The notes: generated by a model from the letters alone, not told the origin. Positions 13,395 through 26,190 are shown, numbered from the stretch's first letter. The stretch is 64,000 bases of DNA from Octopus sinensis (GCF_006345805.1 NC_043007.1:55986001-56050000), one strand, 5' to 3'. Program-made: numbers and translations.

Positions 13395-13412
13395 TGTATA
13401 TATGTATGTATG
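13265..13412. repeat. (TA)n-(TATG)n microsatellite
   Basis: Direct inspection. Confidence 0.95.
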
Positions 13413-14713
13413 CGGTATAATTTATAGAGCAAACAGTAAACGGTTGTCATTATTAGTACTCAGAGTTTTGAATGTCGGAGCGAAGAGCTACGGTACATTC
13501 TCGTGAGCTATTAAATGGCAACATACGCTACGGAAAACCGTTAAATAAAAGGAAAGTAACTCTAATAGATGTAAAAAGAAAAAAGATAAAAAATATAAAA
13601 GTATATGATATATATATACTAAGTTATAAAGGTATATATATATACACACATACATATTCACACAAGAAAATAATAACATAGACATGAAATACCTGCGTTC
13701 ACAACGTCTACATACGTATACAAACACGCATACGCACACACACACACACACACAAGCATGCGCGCACACATGTATGTACGTACTGCACGAAGACAGAAGG
13801 GTTTCCCAAATATTTCCATTTATTATGAATATCATCGCTCACCAGCATCCCCACAAATACTTCCACTACTTCAGCTTATTGAAACGTCATATAAAGATAC
13901 GTAAGGCTTATCAAACTAGCGTTTCTTGTAAAACTATGGCCTCTTGGAATATGATTGCGCTTTAGTCAGAATTGTATAGGTGCCATTCACAGAAACGATT
14001 ACACTAATGAAGATACAAAACAACTAGAAATTTAAAGTTATCTTATATCTTTGGAAATAAATATCAAGCAAACATTACAGTGTAAGCATTTATCAAATGT
14101 GAGCATAAAAGGCCAAATACTTTTCCGTTAGAAAGAAGAAAAAACTTAAAACGTCACATACGCTCTTGTTACAGAAATCAGTTTTCCAACTGATAAGAAT
14201 ATGGTAAATATCTATAATAAGCTGGAAATACAATATACCTTAACTGTTTCTCTAAATCCACATTTATAATCCTTGATGCTCTTGATGCTGCTACTCTAAC
14301 TTTATCTCGGCAAAACAGAACATCATTTCAACTACAAAACTACGTCACTTCATAGCAAGTTCAATACTTTCCGTCTCTAATTTTGTTTTCCACTTCTTCA
14401 CTTCACTAAAATTGCCAGGTAAAGCAGAATGTGGGTGGTGATCGTAGCGGATAGACTTCTCTTTAAACTTGCGCAATAACTATGCAGATATGTTGTAGAA
14501 CCAGGGTACAATAAATATGTGTATATGTAATAAAACAGTACACAAAGGATATCACAGTAACCATATGGTTATATGATTACTAAGATCACTTTCCAACTGT
14601 CCAGTACTGCATTCGAACCCATACGCGGCAATTTTCGCAAGTGTTTTGGGCAATAACATGTGTATGAAATTAGATATATAAACAGCAGTTCAGCAAAAAG
14701 AAGAATTACAAAT

Positions 14714-14852
14714 GTCACTAAATGCGACTAGGGTGTTACGAAACACCTACATTGCTTGAAATAAAAGCTAAATTGCGTTAACTACAGCATTAGAACGGTT
14801 TAGCTCTTATTTCTAGCAATGTGTTTCCTAACACCCTAGTCGCATTTAGTGA

Positions 14853-14853
<1 letters not shown>
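14714..14853. repeat. 140-bp fold-back (MITE-like) element with ~55-bp arms
   Basis: GTCACTAAATGCGACTAGGGTGTTA at 14714 and its exact reverse complement ending at 14853; the inner arms are imperfect. Confidence 0.75.
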
Positions 14854-14912
<59 letters not shown>

Positions 14913-14949
14913 ACATGCATACATACACACCACACACACACCACACACA

Positions 14950-15002
<53 letters not shown>

Positions 15003-15350
15003 GTAAAAATAAGGAGTGCGTTGCGTTACGTGAATAACATTTTCAGAAGTCACACACGTATAGTAATAAAGAAACGGACGGAAAGACATACTAAATGCAC
15101 TGACTTCTGAAATTATGCATAAAGCTATGGCTTCATAAGTTCCTTTAGAGTTGCCTCTCTTAGGTACATCTCATTGATAAGAGCCAAGAAGCTTGAGACA
15201 TCGATGTCTGAGATTCCTAATAGATCGCAACGCTAAACGAACCGGGAGTTTTCACACCTTTTTGCTATGAGATCTATTTTCCACGATAACTGCAGTGTAT
15301 TTGCCTTTTAGCAGTTGAAATATGTCATAAGCATATTTCAACTAATCTAA

Positions 15351-15381
<31 letters not shown>

Positions 15382-15409
15382 TGTATGTATGTATGTATGT
15401 ATGTATGTA

Positions 15410-15469
<60 letters not shown>

Positions 15470-15472
<3 letters not shown>

Positions 15473-15880
15473 GAGAGTGTACAGAAAAGTAACTGGAAAC
15501 GTTCTATGTGGGATAAGCCTATTGTTGTTCAAGCTTCTGCTGCTGGAAGCCACTTGATGCGACCCTCAGGCATTAGACTGTCGACCGGCGTTTTCTTCTG
15601 GGATTGTACTGCTACGTGGCGTGTCTTTGTTTTGCAGTGCTTCTTTTTTCTTCGAGAAATTCTGTTTTCTACTGGACCAAAAGGCGTCCGAAACAGTTGT
15701 CATACTTCAAACAGCTCAGAAGGCCGCTGCCATGCATAAAACACAAGTTTACGGGTGGTTTTCACATTTTAGGAATGGTCTCTTGTCGCTTGTGAACCAA
15801 CCTCGTTCAGGGTGACCGTCGACCCCGAACGAAAGAAAATATGAAAATCCAGGAACTGATCTTGGAGGACCATCATTATT
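15470..15880 (+). mobile_element. Mariner (DD34D-type) transposon 5' fragment
   Basis: Follows (TA)n. KFCFLLDQKASETVVILQTAQKAAAMHKTQVYGWFSHFRNG..QPRSG matches a mariner N-terminal HTH region. Confidence 0.75.
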
Positions 15881-17004
15881 GGTAAAATTATTCTCCCAAG
15901 ATACATCTGTTTTAGAACACGATTTCACAGTAATAAGTTTACAAAATCAGTGTAAAAACGGAATATTCCTTAATATATTTGTTCTGTGTCGATTTCAGTC
16001 GCGCATACTGCTATTATTTTACCTATCAGGATGTGGCGAAATTGTAATTGGTCAGTTAGAAATTTAGAACTAACGTTGCAATATGAAATACATGAAAATT
16101 ATCATTATTTCTCTATTCTCCATGCAGTATGTATCGTAATGCATAATCTGTATATAAATATACATCGTTTGCTAGAAAAGTAGTTTTGCTTTAAACGTAT
16201 CATATATGGGACCAAGATAATTTATTTCCTGACCATGTGATCTCATTACCCTGTTGTTAATTCCAACCAATCTTCGCAGCAATGCTAAGCTTGTTTACGT
16301 TTGCATAACAGATTGTGCCACAGGCTGCGAAGTAAAAAGTATAATGTCGAAAATTGTCAAATCTTGATATTTTCTAAATCTATCATCTCATAGACTGAGC
16401 GTATAGCACAAATACACACACACACACGCGCGCGCTTTTCCTAGCATTTTTAAATGCTCAACCGCAGTGGATCATCAAAGAACACTTCATTGTATTAAGT
16501 TACATAGTTATTTGTAACTATAATAATAAAGTGTTCTCTGATGATACGATGTGGTTAAGCGTCTAAATGAGCTTGGAACACTTATTGCAAGGGTTCAAAA
16601 AAGCATAATAGTAAAACGCGCGTAGGAACTATAATACAAACTCATGTTTATCCTTATTTCTCCTACATTTGCTGTGTAGTTCCTTACTAGTATGCTACTC
16701 AGTATAGAAGTTTCTTCACAACTATAGAGGAAGCAGAATAGATTATGAGGATCTATGTGGAACTCTAAACGTAACAACAGCAGCCGAACATCTATTTGTA
16801 CACACAATTTCCAGTACATTTATATATTTATAATTGTATAATTTTCATCTTAAAAGGTATTTTTCAAATGCTCGCCACTGATAACATTTTTTAATAAAAT
16901 GTTATCTTCATATATATATATTAAATCCAAAAAAAGCGAAGAACAAACACAACAAGAGAAAAACAACAACGCGAAAAAGTGGTACATGCAAAGTATTTGT
17001 AGAC

Positions 17005-17860
17005 GCTCAGGGTGCGTAAGGTATTTGAGAACACACCTTTTTTTGGTCATTGCTGCATTTTTTGCTAACTCTGTATAGTCATTGTTTTAGGAGAAAAAAA
17101 TGTCAGACCCTCACCTTACTCAAGAAATGAAGCGGCATGCTGTTACTGTGGTTATAAAGGCTGAGCATAGCAGTTTAGAAATATCCTGACTTTTAAAAGT
17201 TGTCAGATCTTTCGTCTACAAAGTTTGTAATGAGCTAGAGACTGAAGATGGAATCGTATCACCAGTATCAAAGCATAAAAAGCACCCTAAACGATCTGAA
17301 ATCATCAGACCACCTGAATTTATCCAGCAAGTTCAACAGACAATTGATTACAATCCCAGAAAGTCCATGAGGTCAATTTCAAAAGATCTCCATGTGTCAG
17401 AAGGAACAGGCAGAAATGCTGTCCACGAAGACATCAGATATAAGTCATATATGATGAGGAAAAGTCAATTTGTCAGAAAAAGCAAAAGAAAATCACTACA
17501 TCAAATCTAAAAGGCTCTTAACCAAACTGAAAAATCTAGCAAAAGATTTGATTTGGTTTTTCTCATATGAGAACAGCTTCGACCAAAATCAAAAAGTTAA
17601 CAGAAGAAATGACAGATGGTTATGTGCAGACCCTTCTGAAGTTCCAAGTGTTATGCTTACAAATTTTCCTGTAACTGTCATAGTTTTAGGGGTTGTCAGT
17701 AATGAAAGACATGTGATGCCTCCTTACTTCTTCCCACAAGGCCTTAGAGTTAATTCTGCCGCCTACATTGAGGTCCTGGAAATAATTGTTAAGCCCTGGA
17801 TAGACAGTGTATGCCATAGAAGGCCACATCATCAGCCACATCGACATGAATAGCTGCACC
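17005..17860 (+). mobile_element. Tc1/mariner (maT/DD37D-like) transposase relic, 3' truncated
   Basis: MSDPHLTQEMKRHAV...NPRKSMRSISKDLHVSEGT..VHEDIRYKSY, then WFFSYENSFDQNQKVNRRNDRW..VLGVVSNERHVMPPYFFPQGLRVN. It contains stops and a frameshift. Confidence 0.85.
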
Positions 17861-17864
17861 TTAA

Positions 17865-19540
17865 ACCTGTATGTACAGTTTCCTGTTAAACTTTACTATG
17901 TCTCTCTTCAAGGTGGTTCTCATGCTAGCCCCTATTGTATGTGCAATCATTCTTTTCATCTGACTGTTGTTCACAGAGTCTTGGGTGGGTATGGTCCAGC
18001 CACTCCAATGCTCTGCGGTACTTTTCTTCACAGCCGAGCTGATGGTGGGTGGTGTTCCCCTCTGTGACCTGGTGGGACAGGTTTTGATTGTCTAGGTAGT
18101 TACAGTCATAGCTTAGTTTAAGGAGGAGGCCCAGTACCCGCGTGTTGACTTCACAGAACTCTACTTCACTCTCACAGATAATCTCAATGCATTTTTCACA
18201 GCAAAATCTGTATCTATAGATGGGTAGAATGAAACTACATCCATACTACCCACTACACAACCTATGAGGTTGTTGGAATGGTTGAAACTACTGATTCTAC
18301 TGAGGAGATCCTCCGTGCTCACACAGATATCTGAGGATATTTCAATGAATGGTCGTAACACCTGTGAGAGGAAGTAAGATAGTCTGTAATTGCTGGAGAT
18401 ATTCGCTCCTCAAACTGGCCCGGTTGGTGGGGTGGGGCATAACAGCGTTTACATAGGGTTTATGGTCCTCAAGTAACCCGACTAGCGTAGGAACATCGTT
18501 GTTGAATGCTTGGAAATTTTATGCAGTCCGTGTCTTGGGTTGGAGTATGTTGCACCACATTCTCATGTGAGCATTAAGAATTTTTTCCACTCTTTCATGT
18601 TCTTGTGGTGCAACTTCTCTCATGCTATTGATATCTTGTTGCATGGTCTGGATATATTTCTGTAGGTTGTCTATTGACAGTGTGCCAGACTTGTCCGTAG
18701 GGAGGCACACTAATTCCTTGTTCCTAATTCGTTTTTTAGGCCTTTGTTAATATATGTATTTTAGTGGTTTTGTTACACCGGTTTAAGATGTGTCAGAGTC
18801 TATTCTAGCTAAGGAAATCTTGCCGCTGTCTCACAGTCAGTCTGTAGTAGGATACGTACCCCTTTGTTGAATGGTAAGTCTTTGGGAAAGATCCTCGTCA
18901 TGTCATATGATTTGCTGTTGAGGTTATAGAAGACAGGGTGTGGGGTGCTACTGGTGTTACTATTGTTGTTGGTACGGTTGCTGGCATTGCCGTTGTTGCT
19001 GCTGGTATTGCTTGTGTTGTGTCCATTGTTGTTATTGTTGTTATTGTTGTTATTATCATTATTGTTGTTATCATAGTTGTTATTATTGTCTCTATTGTTG
19101 TTGCTATACACATTAACATTGCTATTGTTGTTGTTGTTTTGATTTCGTATCTTTCTGTTGTTGCTGTTGTTGTTGTATTGTTCTAACCTTCATCTTATTA
19201 TTAAGAGCGTTTTTTTCAATTTCAGATGAACAATAAATTTTTCTGACCTTTTTATATGTAGCGAATTTCGGTGGTAACTCTAAGGCATGCATTTCATCTG
19301 TATCTAGCTGTACTGCATCGTATATTCCAGGGGTGTAATTGTTGTTGTTCTTATTGGTGGTGGTGGTATTGTTTTTCGGTGTCGAGGCGCTGAAGTCCTC
19401 TGGTAGTTCACATTCCAACATGACAATCCCGTCGATATTGTTTAGGTGTCTGTGTTGATTCTGTTGAGATCGCTATTGTTGCTGTTTTATCAGCTTGAAT
19501 TTGTTGTTAACGTGTTTGTTATATATATATATATATCCAT
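17865..19540 (-). mobile_element. Penelope-like retroelement RT relic
   Basis: Fragments CLPTDKSG, VVGSMDVVSFYPSIDTDFAV (RT motif) and RDIVKFNRKLY. Asn/Gln triplet expansions lie inside the N-terminal part, with many frameshifts. Confidence 0.75.
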
Positions 19541-20611
19541 TAACGTAGGATCAACAAAATAGTAGTCCATCCAGTGAGAGATATATATCAATGTACACAA
19601 TTACAAAAGAACAACTAATATTTTCATGCTGTAAGATACATTAAATCCTTTAGGTTTAGTTCATAACGTTACGTGTATTTAAAAACCGAGACATTGGTCT
19701 ATGAGAAAGCACGAAAAACGTTAACAAAAACGCGAAGAAGGTTGTTGCATAAAGTCGAACAAGAAGAAAGAAAAAAGTAAGAAAACCAAGATCTTCGTCT
19801 TCTTTGACAGTAGAAACCATAATTAATGTAACTGGTGCAGAATAATATAACAGAAAGGAGGTCAAAGTCTGTGACATAGCTACTCAATCATATATATGTT
19901 AGACCTGAACAGAATTTAAAGGAGATTCGGAATTGCTTTAGTTGTTTATTTTTCTTTTTAAGCAAAAATCAATTTCACTGTACGTCTTAGTGTGTTAGTA
20001 TATACAACATGAAAACTTATCTTAATATTTAACAAAATTAGACACATCATAACTCACTGTTGCAAATACATTGTTCACAACAGAAAGAACACGTGGTTCA
20101 TTTACTTGCGTTATATTGTGCACTTGCTAACATAAACATATGCCTCCTTTATAGCTACAAGAACCCATATTTATCGAAGAGAGAACAAAACAGTAAGAGT
20201 TTATTTGCATTCTTGGAATGGAGTCAATTGGCAACTCTGTTAATTACTCTTCTGAATGAATTTATAGCTAACCTACTATCAATAAACTAATCTTGTCTTA
20301 CACCTACCTAATAGTTCATGGTTCTGTGAAATGATATTGGACGAAATGAAGAATAAATACAGTTTCCTATATTACATTCAAACAGTAAAAGGAAATATAT
20401 ATGGAACTACATGTATCGAGGCTATTATAAATTTATGTTTCTAGATATAAAAACTTATTTGTTACGACTGGGAACATACTATTTTATAACCACATGCAAC
20501 GTGTAGATTCTAGACAGCGACCGAGTTTTCAATACCAAAACTTGCTTGTCAAATAAAGGGGCCTTGTGTTTTTGAAAAATAATAATAATCCTTCCTCTCC
20601 CGCTTCCTCAA

Positions 20612-20706
20612 TCTTCTTCTTCTTCTTCTTCTTCTTCTTCTTCTTCTTCTTCTTCTTCTTCTTCTTCTTCTTCTTCTTCTTCTTCTTCTTCTTCTTCTTC
20701 TTCTTC
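20612..20706. repeat. (TTC)n tract at the 3' end of a Dong/R4 fragment
   Basis: About 31 TTC units. Confidence 0.95.
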
Positions 20707-20707
20707 A

Positions 20708-21617
20708 TCAGTAGTCTTAATTTTATCACATGCTTTCACTGCACTACCGAGCTGTAATTGCTAGGTCCTGGTACTTTGATAATTTTCTATATTTCTCATA
20801 TTAATTTTCTCATCGTTTGGGACTGCAAAGTCTATTATCTGGCACTTTCTATTCTCTAATCTACTACTAGCAAATCAGGCATTCTAGCTTCTAGTATTCT
20901 GTCAGTCTGAATGTTAAAGTCCCACAACATCTTGTACTCCTTACTTTCTAATATTTATTAAGTTCATGTTCATACCATTTATCGGTATGTTGAAATCCTA
21001 GCTTTCTACAAAGCTCCCAGTGGATTGCTCTACATAGATTATTATGTCTTTTCTTGTATTCTTTCTGTGCCTGCATGCTGCATCACTTATTATATGAGAA
21101 ACGCTTTCCTCTTTTAATTTGCATAATCTACTTTGGGAATCTACTTAGTTTTTGTTTATTTTGGCTTTTACCCAATTAGTTCTTAATGCTTGATCTTGTG
21201 AAGCTACTAACAAACTTTCTGTCTCCCTCTTCAGTTTTCCTTTCTGCAACCATAACTATGTCTCATTACTACTATTTGCTACTACTATCTTTGGGAATCT
21301 ACCATGCATTACCTTCTGCTAGTCAGATAATTTCTGTTCTGTTTTCTGGTTTTTAAGTTCGTTTGGTGTTTTGGTTTGCCCATGTCTTGCTGTGATTCTA
21401 GCAGCTTTTAATAAACTTTCTTCACTATTATCTACATAGGAGACTATATCTACTCAAGCTAACTCCACGCAGTCTTCCACTGATAGTAACCCTCTTCCAC
21501 CTTCCTTTCTAGTTAGGTATAATCTTGCTACTCCTGATCTTGGGTGGAATCCTTCATTCATATTAAATTCCTTCCTAATTCTTCTGTCTAGCTTCGCTAA
21601 TTCAGTTTTTGTCCGTT
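20708..21617 (-). mobile_element. R4/Dong-clade LINE 3' fragment
   Basis: The minus strand encodes ELAKLDRRIRKEFNMNEGFHPRSGVARLYLTRKEGGRGLLSVEDCVELA. The 3' UTR motif GCTTTCACTGCACTACCGAGC is shared with the copies at 48111 and 48848. Confidence 0.8.
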
Positions 21618-21829
21618 TATGATGCTCCCCCACTACTTCTGCTCGTGATCAAAGATGCACATATCGTCAGACACTAAGGGACATGCTCAACTAGTTAAGG
21701 TCAAGCAACTGGCAAGCAAATCTGTCTTATTGAGCAGAATATCTACTGTAGCCCATCTTTTAAAAAGAGAAAAAACATGCACATGATAACACTTCCAATC
21801 ATTTAGGATCAAAAGCTATGTGAGCCATA
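21618..21829 (-). mobile_element. 5' ~210 bp of the 555-bp element, fused directly to the Dong/R4 ORF
   Basis: Homologous to about 805-1020; no spacer at the 21617/21618 junction; bounded by (TTC)n. Confidence 0.8.
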
Positions 21830-21954
21830 TTCTTCTTCTTCTTCTTCTTCTTCTTCTTCTTCTTCTTCTTCTTCTTCTTCTTCTTCTTCTTCTTCTTTCT
21901 TCTTCTTCTTCTTCTTCTTCTTCTTCTTCTTCTTCTTCTTCTTCTTTTTTTCTT

Positions 21955-22265
21955 CTTTCAAATTTGCTTTCATTTCTTGCCGAGTGTCTTCCCGACTCCT
22001 AGGGCAAAGAAACTCATAGTATACATTGGTAGGCCATTAAACCAAACCCAATGGTTCGTTAATTTTTTTTTTAAGTTAAATTAAAATACATGAGCAGCAA
22101 CAGTTCTCACATCGACAATGCTCTTCTCAATACGTGTGATGTACCAGTTAAGACAATCTTTTGCACTTCTTGCAGGGATGGTAAGCCAGGGATCATTCTC
22201 ATATAATTTTCGGTTCCCTTCGATCACTGGTATTGTAACCGCCTTGAGATGCCACATTTTCTCAA

Positions 22266-22268
<3 letters not shown>
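21955..22268 (-). mobile_element. R4/Dong-clade LINE extreme 3' fragment (different family)
   Basis: The minus strand gives KIEKMWHLKAVTIPVI, a frameshifted relic of the RLE C-terminus. Confidence 0.65.
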
Positions 22269-22339
<71 letters not shown>

Positions 22340-22894
22340 GAGTGAGAGAGCAGTCCATGCCATCAAAGTGACACTGGGGTAAAATATACGAAGCCCAATA
22401 TACCCATCATGACTACCCGTCTGATAAGGGTACACCAGGCACATGCATCACAACCATATGTGCGCGACATGGTAATCTCATATCAAGATAAACAGCACAT
22501 GACCTTGCAAGTGGGGCCCAGTTAGAAATTTCTTCAGGTTGAGTAGCCCATCCCGCTCAAAAGGTCCCGGAATAAGGGTTGTTTAAGGATGTTGAAAGAA
22601 CCACCCATGTTTCCAGAGGTGAATTATTCAAACCCCAAAGAATCCCTCCCAGCACACGGCTATGATGCTCCCCCACTACTTCTGTTCATGATCAGGGATG
22701 TACATATCATCAGCCACTAAGGGACATGCTCAACTGGTCAAGGTCAAGCAACTGACAAGCAAATCTGTGGTATTGAGCAGAATATTTGCTGTAGCCCATC
22801 TTTTATACCAAGACAAAACAATGTACATGATAACGCTTCCACTCAGTTAAGATCAGAAGCCATGAGAGCCACTGCATGGTACTGCATCAGGGCA
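22340..22894 (-). mobile_element. 555-bp element, complete copy
   Basis: Reverse complement of 785-1339, flanked by (ATT)n. Confidence 0.9.
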
Positions 22895-22918
22895 ATTATT
22901 GTTATTATCATTATTATT

Positions 22919-23472
22919 GAGTGAGAGAGCAGTGCATGCCATCAAAGTGACACTGGGGTAAAATATACGAAGCCCAGTATATCCATCATGGCTACCCGTC
23001 TGATAAGGGTACACCAGGCACATGCATCACAACCATATGTGCGCGACATGGTAATCTCATATCAAGATAAACAGCACATGATCTTGCAGGTGGGGCCCAG
23101 TTAGAATATTCTTCTGATCGAGTAACCCATCCCACTCAAAAGGTCCCTGAATAAGGATTGTTTAAAGATGTTGAAAGAACCACCCATGTTCCAAAGGTGA
23201 ATTATCCAAACCTCTAAGAATTCCTTTCAACACACGGCCATGATGCTCCCCCACTACTTCTGCTCGTAATCAGAGATGTACATATCGTCAGCCACTAAGG
23301 GACATGGTCAACTGGTTAAGGTTAAACAACTGACAAGCAACTCTGTCGTATTGAGCTGAATATTTGCTGTAGCCCATCTTTTATACCAAAACAAAACAAT
23401 GTACATGATAACACTTCCAATCAGTTAAGATCAGAAGCCATGAGAGCCACTGCATGGTACTGCATCAGGGCA
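22919..23472 (-). mobile_element. 555-bp element, complete copy, tandem to the previous one
   Basis: Same termini; separated from the 22340 copy by a ~24-bp ATT tract. Confidence 0.9.
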
Positions 23473-23474
23473 GT

Positions 23475-23512
23475 TCTTCTTCTTCTCCTTCTTCTTCTTC
23501 TTCTTCTTCTTC

Positions 23513-23552
<40 letters not shown>

Positions 23553-23587
23553 CATCATCATCATCATCATCATCATCGTCATCGTCA

Positions 23588-23655
<68 letters not shown>

Positions 23656-23678
23656 ATTATTATTATTATTATCATTAT
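23475..23678. repeat. Compound triplet microsatellite TTC-TTA-TCA-TCG-TTG-TTA
   Basis: Direct inspection. Confidence 0.95.
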
Positions 23679-23679
23679 A

Positions 23680-24098
23680 GGCGCAGGAGTGGCTGTGTGG
23701 TAAGTAGCTTGTTTACCAACCACACGGTTCCGGGTTCAGTCCCACTGCGTGGCACCTTGGGCAAGTGTCTTCTACTATAGCCTCGGGCCGACCAAAGCCT
23801 TGTGAGTGGATTTGGTAGATGGAAAGTGAAAGAAGCCCATCGTATATATGTATATATATATGCGTGTGTGTGTTAGTGTGCCTGTGTTTGTCCCCCTAGC
23901 ATTGCTTGACAACCGATGCTGGTGTCTTTAAATGCCCCCGTTACTTAGCGGTTCGGCAAAAAGAGACCGATAGAATAAGTACTGGGCTTACAAAAGAATA
24001 AGTCCCGGGGTCGAGTTGCTCGATTAAAGGTGGTGCTCCAGCATGACCACAGTCAAATGACTGAAACAAGTAAAAGAGTAAAGAGTAAAGAGTAAAGA
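23680..24098 (+). mobile_element. CORE-type tRNA SINE (OR2-like), full length
   Basis: A-box TGGCTGTGTGG, B-box GGTTCAGTCCC, CORE-like GGCACCTTGGGCAAGTG, internal (TA)/(TG) tract, and a repeated GTAAAGA tail. Confidence 0.9.
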
Positions 24099-24102
24099 AT
24101 TA

Positions 24103-24172
<70 letters not shown>

Positions 24173-24572
24173 GGCGGCGAGCTGGCTGAAATGTTAGCAC
24201 GCCGGGCAAAATGCTTAGCGGTATTTCGTCTGCCGCTACATTCTGAATTCAAATTCCGCCGAGGTCGACTTTGCCTTTTATCCTTTAGGGGTCGATTAAA
24301 TAATTACCACTTACGCACTGGGGTTGATATAATCGTCTTAATCCGTTTGTCTGTCTTTGTTTGTCCTCTCTGTGTTTAGCCCCTTGTGGGTAGTAAAGAA
24401 ATAGGTATTTCGCACGTCGCTACATTCTGAGTTCAAATTCCACCGAAGTCAACCTTGCCTTTTATCCTTTCGCGGTCGATAAAATAAGTTGTAGTTGAAT
24501 ACTGAGGTCAACGTAATTGACTATCTCCTCCCCCAAATTTCAGGCCTTGTGCCTTTAGCAGAAAGGATTATT
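24173..24572 (+). mobile_element. SINE family M, dimer
   Basis: Head, central domain, spacer, AAAGAAATAGGTATTTCG junction (~24395), second central domain and tail. Confidence 0.85.
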
Positions 24573-24580
24573 ACCATGAA

Positions 24581-24675
24581 GAGGCGGCGACCTGGCAGAA
24601 ATGTTAGCACGCCGGACAAATGCTTAGCGACATTTGGTCCGTCCTTACGATCTGAGTTCAAATTCCGCCGAGGTT
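24581..24675 (+). mobile_element. SINE family M, head-only fragment
   Basis: GGCGGCGACCTGGCAGAAATGTTAGCAC...GAGTTCAAATTCCGCCGAGG. Confidence 0.75.
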
Positions 24676-24999
24676 CTCTACCCACTGACTTTTCTTTTCA
24701 AATGAAATTTGAAAAATTGGAAGGGGAGTTGGTCAAAGAAAAGGGTTTTGAATTCTATATCCCTCATTGACTATGTTGGTTCAGCGATCAAAAGGACGCA
24801 TCCCAGTTTCCACTTAATCTCACAATATGATTACCCTCAACATTTTTTTAAAGAACTAGCCCTTCTCTCTTGACGCCTATAACAGAAGTGAGGATCTAAC
24901 CAGAAAGACTAATGTCTGTCATACTGCTGTAATTTCCAACTGTCAACCGACGCCAATCCTGTCAGATTCTATAGCACCACATCATCGCCTACTCACACT

Positions 25000-25760
25000 G
25001 AGACTCAGCTGAGTTTTCAACTGAAAAAAAAAATGTTAACACAGCGACATGTCATCTCATTGCTCACGGTCTTGTAAAGCAGGTGGAAGTCGTCCTGTAG
25101 ATAGAGTCGCAAAAACTTATCATCTACGAGGTAAGATGTTTCAATCGGTGCTGAAACGTAGGGTAGCTACACTTACTGTGAAACATGAACATATACTTCA
25201 AGTCTTGAAAATGTGAGTTTGCGTCGAGTGCTGGAGTTGTAAAGACAAGACATCGCTATGAACAACGAGATGCAAGTGATCCTTGGATTGGCTTGTGAGA
25301 CGTGGACTATGAGAAAAGATGGTCTTAAGTTTCGCGATTGAGAAAATGTACGCGACCGTTCAAAATCAGTCCTGCTGACCTCATCGACCAGGCTATTTAA
25401 ATGGCCTGTTCGTATCTTAACCTCGGGGATTTGATGATTACTTTTATACAAAGCTACAGTTCTCAATATGTTGCCTCTATATAATGTTTAGGAGATTCGG
25501 ATACTATCGCTAACAAGTTGTGGAACCACGTGGTTACTTCTTCGTTGGATCCTTGTTGTAACCATTGTTGTTCCTACTCTAGGATGGTTATACAATGCGG
25601 CATCATTTTGGTCTCTGTTTTTACATCTTTATTACAAACTAACCTCATATGTTCCAGTTCAACTGAATTGCCATTTAACATATTCATCCTCCAAAGCAAT
25701 GTCTCAAATGTTAAAATATATAAAGAGATTGGGAAAGGATATCTTTGACAGAGTGAAAGC
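25000..25760 (-). mobile_element. Possible old Penelope-like RT relic
   Basis: The minus-strand fragment TETKMMPHCITILE resembles the Penelope RT motif GTAMGTKMAP; heavily decayed. Confidence 0.35.
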
Positions 25761-25984
25761 GTGATTCGATATAGTTCCCATAAGGATAGACGGAGCTGAA
25801 GACCACCACGAGATAGAAATGGTTGGCTTTAGAATGATCCACATTTATCAATACCTGACAAAGGCTAGATTTTGTGTCGACTCACTCTACGATGCATCAC
25901 GTGAGCACCGAAAATAACATAATTTGTGTGTCTCCGACACACAAAATTTTTTGTTAAAATATTTAACTCGTCTAGCAAAGTTTG

Positions 25985-26190
25985 ATAAGGATTTCAAATT
26001 TTGGCACAAGGTCTGCAATTTCGAGGGAGGGATAAGTCGATTACATGGACGTCAGTTCTTAATTGATACATATTTTCTCGATCCCCGAACAGATGAAGAG
26101 CAAAGTCGACCTCTTTGAACATGAAGACAAACGAAATATCGTTATACATTTAGCCCAGCATGCTAACGATTCGGTCTGCTCGCCACCTTA
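25985..26190 (-). mobile_element. SINE family M, diverged monomer
   Basis: TTTCAAATTTTGGCACAAGG tail, central domain and CTGCTCGCCACC head. Confidence 0.7.

Noticed and set aside
15041-15112. 12-bp inverted repeat TTTCAGAAGTCA
   Set aside because: Too short, with no TSD or second copy seen.
19667-19778. Charged 37-codon frame ending at a GTAAGA donor
   Set aside because: No plausible acceptor; A-rich sequence yields such frames by chance.
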